Made by a program: the position numbers and the translations under genes. From a virus: 64,000 bases of DNA. The stretch is from IMG/VR virus record IMGVR_UViG_3300032213_001988, positions 1-64,000 of that record, one strand, 5' to 3'. Shown here one piece after another: positions 43,376-51,045 of this stretch. The first letter of the stretch is position 1; every line of letters begins with the position of its first letter. The notes under the pieces were generated by a model. It was not told the origin of the DNA, did not search any database, and saw only the letters and a list, made by a program, of their open reading frames with translations.

Positions 43376-45177
43376 AGCTTTCCTGCCTTGTCGTCTTTAA
43401 GTAGTGATAACAATTGTGCCTTATCGCGAACGATTTGCTCAAAGTTATCAGCCTTGGTTTCAAGGACTTGAATTACGCGTTCCTCAATAGTTCCTTCAGT
43501 AACATAGTCACTAATGATAATTGAGTCATGAATCTCAGAACCAATGCGGTGCACACGGTCAAGAGCTTGCTTGTGATCAACAAGTGACCAAGGGCGCTGC
43601 AGCATGATTAAACGACGTGCTGCAGTTAGCGTGATTCCAACACCACCAGCCTGCGCTGTAAAAAGTATCCACTTGATCTTGCCAGCCTGAAAATCATCAA
43701 CCGCTTGTTGACGTTCATCCTCAGACTGAGCACCAGTGATGAGACCATGTGGAATTTTTTCCTTAGTCATTTCTGCACTAAGTAAATCTATAAGTTGGCG
43801 TGATACCGCGCATACTGCAACTGAGTCATCGCCAAAGTCGCCGTTCTTAATATCATCCATAACTGCATCAACCTTGCATGATGGGCCAATAAGTGTTACC
43901 TTGCTCTCACCGGTTGTCTCATCAACGCTCATTTCAGCGAAAGAACTTGCAAACTGCAGCAACCTTATTGTTTGTGTTAAAGGGCTAGGTGCTGTAACTG
44001 ACTCACCGTCCTCGAGTTCAGCAATCATAAGATCACGCATCTGGTCATAAGCTTTCTTTTGCTTAGTGGACATTTCTACGTCCTTGCGTTCAAACATCAT
44101 TTCTGGAAGCCAAGGAAGAACCTTTTGCTTAAGCATACGACGCATACGCGGATTTATCGCCGCGTAGAACTCTTGTTCCATGTGAGGCTTTACACCTAGA
44201 ACCATCATTCCGCCAAAGGCATTCATCATTGTGTTAATCATGCGGTCAATCCAACGCGTCTTACTTGGCCATTCATCTGGTGATAACCAGTGCAATATAG
44301 ACCACATATCTAATACGTTATTGGCGATAGGTGTTCCTGTAAGAGCAAACCGAATATCAGCGTCACCTGTTGCCGCCCAAAGAGCACGAGTTTGTTTTGA
44401 CTTAGGCTCCTTAGATCTGTGGATCTCATCAGCAACGACTGCCTTAAAGTCAATTGTGTTTAATTCACGCAGGTGAACCTCGCAGCGATTCTCTGAAACT
44501 CTATCATCGTGGCCACCGCACTCTGGGCACTTTGCAAGTGCAATTGAACCGTAGCCAGAAAGACGAGAATGCGAGCGCAGAGATTCCCAGTTAATGACGT
44601 ATACGTCAGCCTCTTCCTCAAAAATCTTGCGACGTTGAGTTGCAGAACCTTTAATAACTTCTACATCAACTCCAGGCCACCAGCGTTCAAACTCACGCTT
44701 CCAGTTTTTCTTCAATGTATTAGGGCAAACGATTAACGCAGGAAATACGTCTTCACCGCGATCTTGTAGTTCTTTAAGTGCACGGATCGCCTGTGCTGTC
44801 TTGCCAAGGCCAGGTTCATCTGCAAGCAGCGCACGTCGGGCTACTGCTAGAAACTTTACGCCAGCTCGCTGGTGCGGGAATAGATCCTCGTTAGAGCCGT
44901 CCTCAATTACTTCTAGTTCACGTAGTTCGTTTGCTGGCGTAATTCTACTTGAAACCTCCTGCCCTGCCCATACGGCTAACCTTGGGCCGATTACGAGATC
45001 ATCGCGAAACGTTGAGCGCAAAGCTAGGCAGGTTGCCCAGGATGTAGGAACGCGCCATTGCTGCTCTTTAGGGTCCCACTTAGAACCAGGGATACTTTTG
45101 CAAAGCTCCTTAAAGCGCCACTCTGTATGGATAACTACATTCTTACCCAGTTCATCGAGCTCTACGTTTACTGGCAC
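43372..45177 (-). CDS. SNF2-family DNA helicase
   Basis: LLADEPGLGKT, VADEIH, LTGTPI, GVGITLTAA, QALDRVHRIG. Confidence 0.92.
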   Translation of the reverse strand: MPVNVELDELGKNVVIHTEWRFKELCKSIPGSKWDPKEQQWRVPTSWATCLALRSTFRDDLVIGPRLAVWAGQEVSSRITPANELRELEVIEDGSNEDLFPHQRAGVKFLAVARRALLADEPGLGKTAQAIRALKELQDRGEDVFPALIVCPNTLKKNWKREFERWWPGVDVEVIKGSATQRRKIFEEEADVYVINWESLRSHSRLSGYGSIALAKCPECGGHDDRVSENRCEVHLRELNTIDFKAVVADEIHRSKEPKSKQTRALWAATGDADIRFALTGTPIANNVLDMWSILHWLSPDEWPSKTRWIDRMINTMMNAFGGMMVLGVKPHMEQEFYAAINPRMRRMLKQKVLPWLPEMMFERKDVEMSTKQKKAYDQMRDLMIAELEDGESVTAPSPLTQTIRLLQFASSFAEMSVDETTGESKVTLIGPSCKVDAVMDDIKNGDFGDDSVAVCAVSRQLIDLLSAEMTKEKIPHGLITGAQSEDERQQAVDDFQAGKIKWILFTAQAGGVGITLTAARRLIMLQRPWSLVDHKQALDRVHRIGSEIHDSIIISDYVTEGTIEERVIQVLETKADNFEQIVRDKAQLLSLLKDDKAGKL

Positions 45178-45206
45178 CTATTGGTCCTCTCGTCGTTACG
45201 TAATAC

Positions 45207-45215
45207 ATACTATCA
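45207..45215 (-). promoter_or_regulatory. Extended -10 promoter TGATAGTAT
   Basis: Upstream of the helicase, with TTTACA 16 bp upstream of the hexamer. Confidence 0.5.
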
Positions 45216-45276
45216 GGATTTGCACTTTTGTAAATACTATTTATGCTTAGTATCTATGGAAATAATATATCACGTA

Positions 45277-45732
45277 TTACTGCAATAAACGCACTGGCTT
45301 CCAGCCTGTTTTTACAAGTTTAAGTAGACCGTGCCTTATCGCGTCAAGTGCGTGACCTTCTCCACCTTTGTGCCAGTACTCAAGTTTCTTGAGCTTAGGA
45401 TTGTCAAACATTGCCTTTGCATCTGCCGGTGATTGAAAGTAGATGTCATCTGGCTTTCTACCTGCGTCCATAAGGCACTGCTTAAGGATGCCAATTTGCT
45501 CAAGCGAGTACGGCGCCTGTGAGTTGCGAACCGTCTGCGCGTTAATGGTAAATCGCTCACACACAACGTCTAAAGTGTCCCCGTAAGAGGCTAGAGTGTC
45601 CCGTATAGGCTTGGCGTATTCCTCCTGTTGGAATTCACCAGACCAGATTAAAACCGGCTCCTGGCCGCTCTCAAGGCTAAATAAAGCCATTCCAGTGGAT
45701 TTCCCTGGGTCTACTGCAAGAACGTATCTCAT
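45277..45732 (-). CDS. RuvC-like Holliday junction resolvase
   Basis: VLAVDPGKSTG...VVCERF...H..DAIRH. Confidence 0.7.
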   Translation of the reverse strand: MRYVLAVDPGKSTGMALFSLESGQEPVLIWSGEFQQEEYAKPIRDTLASYGDTLDVVCERFTINAQTVRNSQAPYSLEQIGILKQCLMDAGRKPDDIYFQSPADAKAMFDNPKLKKLEYWHKGGEGHALDAIRHGLLKLVKTGWKPVRLLQ

Positions 45733-47555
45733 TAGTATTTATCTCCCCAAGTCTCCATTGGACCGTCAATACCGGCGGTAAGTGGGACGTCCCAACCCTC
45801 AGTTGTAGTCATGCATTGTTTAACAACTTGCATAATCTCCTGGGCGTCCTCGCGTGGTGCGTTAAGAACAATTTCGTCGTGTACTGGCACGATAAGAAGC
45901 TCGGTTAGATCTGCCTGGTCAAGTTTAATAAGATTTGCCTTGAACACCTCGGCAGCTCCACCTTGAATGAGATAGTTAACAAGTGTGTACGCGCGATCTT
46001 CATCACAAGGTAGGCGTCGACCTGTCCAGGTGTAGACGTATCCTTGTCCCTCTGCCTTCAAGCGTCTCATTCCAGCATCTTCAATTTGACGTTGAAAGAG
46101 CGCCATGCCAGGGAAGCGTAGATCAAACGCGTCTGATGTTTGGCGCATCTGTGGCTCAGTAACTCCTGCTGTTAACGCCTGCTTAGCAACTCCTGCTCCG
46201 TAGAGACGTCCATACACAGTTCCCTTAATTAGGTTACGGCGCTTATCTGACCGTTGCATCGTTGGATCTCCGTAGATTTCACGACCAATTTCAGTGAAAG
46301 GATCTGACCCTGTTGCATCTGCACGGTTAAAGAGCGTGATGAGATTTGGGTCCTGTGAGAGGGAGGCAAACATTCTAAATTCAACCTGGTCAAGGTCTGA
46401 GGTAATGATGACATGATCCTTATCCTTTGGTATGAATGCGGTGCGAACAGTTGCGTCGCCTTTAGGCAACGTCTGTAGCGCAGGGTTTTGGATTGACATG
46501 CGGGAGGTACGAGCGCCAAGCGTCTTTACAGAGGGATGTACAAAACCGTTCACGTTGTCATTGATAAAGTTTGCAAAGTATGTGTTGGCAAGCTTATCTG
46601 CCTTGCGTTGTTTTAGCACCACATCAGCGAGATTCTTTACGTCAGCGTTGCCTGAGATTGCAAGAAATGCAAGTTGGTCCTTATCGGCAGATTTTTGACC
46701 AGATGCTGTAAATGTTGTGATCTCTGCACCAAGCGACTCGAACAAGCGAACAAGTTGAATGTTACTTGTGATTGATACTCCGTTATACGTTTTCTTTGCC
46801 CAGTCTTTTACGGACTCTGCATACGCAGTTAGTTCATCAAACTTCTTCCTTGAGTAGTCAAGATCAATACGTGCGCCGTTAATCTCCATGCGGGTGACAA
46901 TCTTGCGCGCAGCCATTTCCAATTCATATGCACGATGATAAGGCTGTCCTGGCCCGCACTTCTCCCAGAACTGTTCCCATATGCGCATTGTTAAAACTGT
47001 GTCAAGTGCACCGTAAGCCCAATAAGGCTGGAAGTTTGTAGGGACAGTTCCCCATGTCCAGCCGTTTGTTGCTAGTGATGTATCAAGAGTTTCCTGCATT
47101 GCAGCTGCGCGTCCATCAACGTAAAGTGACGCAAGACGTTTTAACGCACCTGAGCCAAGAGGATCAATAATGTGCGCCATAATCATCGTGTCGTGTGCGC
47201 GTTCCCACGGCATCTTCCAGGTTGAGTGAACATCAAACCAACGAGCTTCAAACGCAATGTTATGGCAGACTATTGGGCCATCAAACTTATCCATAGCCTC
47301 GTAAAAAACACCAGACCATTCCTTCCAAGGAATTGCCCAACCTGTTAATCCATCGCCTACCTGCACTAAACGTAGTTGCCCGTGCCAAGGAGATAGAGCG
47401 TCCTTACGCTCACCACCTGGATTCTCACCAGTTTCAGTGTCAATTGAAATTGCGTTGTGAGGGCGACGTTCACCTAGCCACGCAATAAACTCGCGCGCGG
47501 TATCAACGTTATCAACGAGATGTAGTTTTACGTCGCTTAGTCCTGTAGTTGTCAT
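45732..47555 (-). CDS. polA: Family A DNA polymerase (3'-5' exonuclease plus polymerase)
   Basis: Exo SIDTET, HN..FE, HDTM, YGALD; Pol motif A SDLDQVEFR, motif B R..IKG..YG..YG, motif C VHDE. Confidence 0.95.
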   Translation of the reverse strand: MTTTGLSDVKLHLVDNVDTAREFIAWLGERRPHNAISIDTETGENPGGERKDALSPWHGQLRLVQVGDGLTGWAIPWKEWSGVFYEAMDKFDGPIVCHNIAFEARWFDVHSTWKMPWERAHDTMIMAHIIDPLGSGALKRLASLYVDGRAAAMQETLDTSLATNGWTWGTVPTNFQPYWAYGALDTVLTMRIWEQFWEKCGPGQPYHRAYELEMAARKIVTRMEINGARIDLDYSRKKFDELTAYAESVKDWAKKTYNGVSITSNIQLVRLFESLGAEITTFTASGQKSADKDQLAFLAISGNADVKNLADVVLKQRKADKLANTYFANFINDNVNGFVHPSVKTLGARTSRMSIQNPALQTLPKGDATVRTAFIPKDKDHVIITSDLDQVEFRMFASLSQDPNLITLFNRADATGSDPFTEIGREIYGDPTMQRSDKRRNLIKGTVYGRLYGAGVAKQALTAGVTEPQMRQTSDAFDLRFPGMALFQRQIEDAGMRRLKAEGQGYVYTWTGRRLPCDEDRAYTLVNYLIQGGAAEVFKANLIKLDQADLTELLIVPVHDEIVLNAPREDAQEIMQVVKQCMTTTEGWDVPLTAGIDGPMETWGDKY

Positions 47556-48026
47556 TTAATCCTCTAGTATCGTTACATCAATACTGCAATTTTTAAGATA
47601 ATCAATTGTAGCTTCTGGCTTTCGGTGAATTGCCTTACTGCCAACACGCATAACAACTCTTGCAACTCCTGAGTTAGACACAAGCTTTGCGCATTGTAGG
47701 CATGCTACGTCTGTTATGTATATTGTTCCACCTTCAATACGTGATCTATCAACGTATAAAAGAGCATTTGCTTCTGCATGAATTGACGGACACGTGTCAT
47801 ACATGTTATCTAGTGGTACAAGACCTTGCGCACGCGGGCACCACTCAATGCAGTCGCCCTCAACGTCAAGAGTTGCAGCAGGCCCATTATACCCGGTAGA
47901 CGCAACGCGCTGGTTGGAAGAAACTACAACCGCGCCAATCTGTGCACGAGAACAACGTGAACGTTTAGCAATGGTGTCTGCTACGTCCATCCATACCTTG
48001 TCCCATGAAGGTCTATCTAAGCTCAA
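47556..48026 (-). CDS. dCMP deaminase
   Basis: CSRAQIGAV...TGYNG...HAEANAL...ACLQC (H.E...C..C zinc motif). Confidence 0.9.
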   Translation of the reverse strand: MSLDRPSWDKVWMDVADTIAKRSRCSRAQIGAVVVSSNQRVASTGYNGPAATLDVEGDCIEWCPRAQGLVPLDNMYDTCPSIHAEANALLYVDRSRIEGGTIYITDVACLQCAKLVSNSGVARVVMRVGSKAIHRKPEATIDYLKNCSIDVTILED

Positions 48027-48256
48027 AACGGAACATCTCCCTTATCATCGTCATCATCAATGTGACCGTACTCGTCCATTCCTTCGTGAACTCCTGCAGC
48101 AAGAATATGCGCAACAATAGTTACAGCCTGTCGACGTGTAAAACCAGCACGCGTAAGTTCGCGATACATCTCATGCATCTGTAGTGCAGCCTCGCGCAAA
48201 GGACTTATATTAAAGTCCTCCTCGTTAAGACCGCCTTCTTTCTTATTGTCCGTCAT
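48023..48256 (-). CDS. Hypothetical protein
   Basis: 77-aa ORF coupled to both neighbours. Confidence 0.65.
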   Translation of the reverse strand: MTDNKKEGGLNEEDFNISPLREAALQMHEMYRELTRAGFTRRQAVTIVAHILAAGVHEGMDEYGHIDDDDDKGDVPF

Positions 48257-49134
48257 TATTTACTTTTCTTGTCTGCTTGCTTTTCATCCTTCTGTAAGTT
48301 ATTTAGAACAGCGCGTTTCATCGAGTCAGTATACCACTTCTCAGCGTCGTTAAGACGCGCATACGTTGGCTCACTCACAGTTGCCTGCATTGCAAGCATG
48401 GCAGATGACTTAACCTCGTTCCAGGTGCGTCCAGTGATTGCAGGAATTGTCGGGCTATGCAGTGCGTGTGCAAGCTTATCTGCTGAGGCGTAGTGCTGCT
48501 CATAAATGTGAAGTGATCCTACGTGGTGATTGTATGTTCCAGGCTCGATACCTAAAACAGATGCCATAGCAATTTGCACGCGAGTAAACTGGAAGAAGTC
48601 ATACGCTGCACCTAGCCATACATCGTTTGAGCGCATATACACACTCATGTTAAGCTTGTTATTACGAATACGGAACTGATGCAGGATTGTGCAAGGGTAG
48701 TCACGCTTTCGTTCCTGTAGGTCAAGCTGCGGGTTCCAAATTGTAACTACTGCCTGTCGTGTATCAGGGTCTTGCATAAGTCTGTCAATAATCATGTCGT
48801 ATTGCCCTGCAGTTCGAGGACCGTATGCTCCGTGAAATAAACCGTTGTCCTCCGCGTAGTTTGCAAACTGCGGGCCAACGGAGATAACTAAGTCTGGAAT
48901 AGTTACACCTGCAAGAAGTTGACACGCCTCAACCGCACCGATGCCAGGAACTGTTCCTCGACCAACCTCAAGAGGTAAGGTGTTAAACACGTTGTCAATG
49001 CGAATAATCGCATCCTCGATCTCAAGGGTCTTCATACCACGTGGAGCAACCTCCTTGCCGTGCTCAAGTACATGCTTAACAAGATCAACGTATCCGTTGA
49101 CTCCGTCTTCTATATTTATTATCGCAGTATCCAT
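48256..49134 (-). CDS. Thymidylate-synthase-fold enzyme, dCMP hydroxymethylase-like
   Basis: DYPCT catalytic Cys; MRSNDVWLGAAYDF has Asp at the dUMP/dCMP specificity position; GSLHIY. Confidence 0.85.
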   Translation of the reverse strand: MDTAIINIEDGVNGYVDLVKHVLEHGKEVAPRGMKTLEIEDAIIRIDNVFNTLPLEVGRGTVPGIGAVEACQLLAGVTIPDLVISVGPQFANYAEDNGLFHGAYGPRTAGQYDMIIDRLMQDPDTRQAVVTIWNPQLDLQERKRDYPCTILHQFRIRNNKLNMSVYMRSNDVWLGAAYDFFQFTRVQIAMASVLGIEPGTYNHHVGSLHIYEQHYASADKLAHALHSPTIPAITGRTWNEVKSSAMLAMQATVSEPTYARLNDAEKWYTDSMKRAVLNNLQKDEKQADKKSK

Positions 49135-50132
49135 GCGTCATCCTTTTCTTGTAGTGTAGCAACTCGTAGAATTGCATCTCCGTATTCTTCCTTGCTTTTG
49201 TTAAAGAACCTACGCACATACTGCGGGTGAGGCAGAACAGAGTAGTAGTCCTCGTGTACGGGAATTGACGCCAACGTCTTCTCCGCAAGACGCCCAAGAA
49301 CAACTATTCTTGGGAAACCTAACGTTCTCCATAACTTTAAGAAGGAGTCCTTCACACCTTCATCGTTTATATTGACGATGCCCACGGCACGCCAAAGCTC
49401 CTCGGACATTGCAGTAAGTAGATACTCCGCAGAGTTACCATCAACAGGCATAAACGGAAGTTTTGTTTCCTCGCCGTATTTCTTTACGATGTTACGCGTA
49501 TCTCCAATAAGCAGCACCTTCGGGCTTGGGTTTCCAATATAGTATGGAAAAGGCTCGAGCTTGGCTGCCATTAACTCAACCTGCTCCGCGCTATCAACTA
49601 TATACTTTGCAACCTCAGGTATAAGATCAATGCTGTCTGCTGGAGGCTCAATCTTTGCAATGATGTTTGATGAGCCACAGGCAATTTCATATTGTTTAAG
49701 AATATCACTGAGGTCATCTACGTCTACAAAGTCGTCGCCGCGAGAGGCAAGACGCTGCTGAATAACATCAAGAGGCTGATATAGCCAAAATTGAGCAACG
49801 CCACGAGACATAAGGAAGAGTTCAACCCAACGCCAACCGGCCTTGCCTAATAGACCATATCCATCCTTGTTTGTACTTGGGCGAAACTTAGGAGCGTATG
49901 TTACTTCGCCCCAGTGCCAACGATCTGATAATCCAATTTTATTAAACCAATTTATTGGTTCAATTGACATGACGTAGTCGTTTAACACCCAACGGCGTGT
50001 TTGTTCTTCAGGACGCCCCTTGTGAAAAAGACGCGTTGGAGTAGTTGCAAAGCGCTCGTTAAGCTCGTGCTCAACTGCAGCGATAAGAGAGCTCTTACCC
50101 GATGCGTCGGTACCTTCGATTACTATAAACAT
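49119..50132 (-). CDS. dNMP (thymidylate-type) kinase fused to a uracil-DNA-glycosylase-like domain
   Basis: IEGTDASGKSS P-loop and DRWH; C-terminal VLLIGDTRN...FMP..GNSAEYL...IVVLGRLA...LPHPQY. Confidence 0.75.
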   Translation of the reverse strand: MFIVIEGTDASGKSSLIAAVEHELNERFATTPTRLFHKGRPEEQTRRWVLNDYVMSIEPINWFNKIGLSDRWHWGEVTYAPKFRPSTNKDGYGLLGKAGWRWVELFLMSRGVAQFWLYQPLDVIQQRLASRGDDFVDVDDLSDILKQYEIACGSSNIIAKIEPPADSIDLIPEVAKYIVDSAEQVELMAAKLEPFPYYIGNPSPKVLLIGDTRNIVKKYGEETKLPFMPVDGNSAEYLLTAMSEELWRAVGIVNINDEGVKDSFLKLWRTLGFPRIVVLGRLAEKTLASIPVHEDYYSVLPHPQYVRRFFNKSKEEYGDAILRVATLQEKDDAWILR

Positions 50133-50158
50133 CTTGTCCTTTTGTCCTTAGTAGAATG

Positions 50159-50167
50159 ATTATAACA
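50159..50167 (-). promoter_or_regulatory. Extended -10 promoter TGTTATAAT
   Basis: Upstream of the kinase-TS-deaminase-polymerase operon. Confidence 0.6.
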
Positions 50168-50179
50168 CGTTAAATTGTC

Positions 50180-50650
50180 TTAGGGAATAAGCTCAATTCT
50201 GTACATCTTTTCAATACCTTTATCCTTAATAGACGCCTCCTCAAGTAAGCGCTCTGCAACCTTAGTAAGATAGCGAGCGCCACCTTGGTCATACTTGTAT
50301 AGCGCCTCAAGCACCGCGTCTGGCTCATCGGATACCTGTGCCCAGTATCTTGGCTTCTCTGGAAACACGAGATCAACCTCGAACGTAGGGTTGCACTGCT
50401 CGCAAGGAACTGAGTCTGCATCTAGATTATTAACAGGCCCCTCAGATAGGCCGTATCTTTTTACAAGAGGGCAAGCTGCACCGTGAAATACAAGCGATAT
50501 TCCAATGCGCGAAAGAATGTATGCGCCGTTCTCTGTCTTATAGAGCTCGAACTCGATCCAGCGAGTAGAACCACGACGCCAGGAGGAAGACGAGGCTAGA
50601 AGTTTGCCGTTGAACTGCAGTATGCGAGTTCCGTCTTTTACCTCAAACAA
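50180..50650 (-). CDS. Hypothetical protein
   Basis: 156 aa, TTG start with AAGGGG RBS; extended -10 TGATACTAT at 50687-50695. Confidence 0.65.
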   Translation of the reverse strand: MFEVKDGTRILQFNGKLLASSSSWRRGSTRWIEFELYKTENGAYILSRIGISLVFHGAACPLVKRYGLSEGPVNNLDADSVPCEQCNPTFEVDLVFPEKPRYWAQVSDEPDAVLEALYKYDQGGARYLTKVAERLLEEASIKDKGIEKMYRIELIP

Positions 50651-50721
50651 TTATTGTCCCCTTAGTCATAACGTCGTTAGACGTAAATAGTATCATAAAA
50701 TCTGTGCTACAGCGACTAGTA

Positions 50722-51045
50722 CTACTCATTTTCTTGTCCTCTGTCTATGCGCATTGGATTTTCTGTTGCATACTTTATACAAAAATTCATAACTTCTAGC
50801 ATTTTCATAGATACGTCAGGTCCGGCTAGAGTTTGCGCGTCCATGAACTCTGCAACTCCTCTAAAGTATAGGCTTACTTTATTAAAGTAATCTTCAATAG
50901 ATGTAGGGTCTGCCTCTAGGGCTTCCTTGTGAGAGCATTCTGAGTAGCTTAACGCCTCGTTGTCCTTATAGACTACTCTGTATATCTTAGGGTACCCGTT
51001 ATCACCTTCGTCGATTATTGTTGTGTATCTTACCTCAAGTGCCAT
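50722..51045 (-). CDS. Hypothetical protein at the end of the tail operon
   Basis: 107 aa, coupled to the tail fibre gene. Confidence 0.6.
   Translation of the reverse strand: MALEVRYTTIIDEGDNGYPKIYRVVYKDNEALSYSECSHKEALEADPTSIEDYFNKVSLYFRGVAEFMDAQTLAGPDVSMKMLEVMNFCIKYATENPMRIDRGQENE

Noticed and set aside
48256-49134. Canonical thymidylate synthase thyA
   Set aside because: The specificity residue is Asp rather than Asn, so no gene symbol was assigned.
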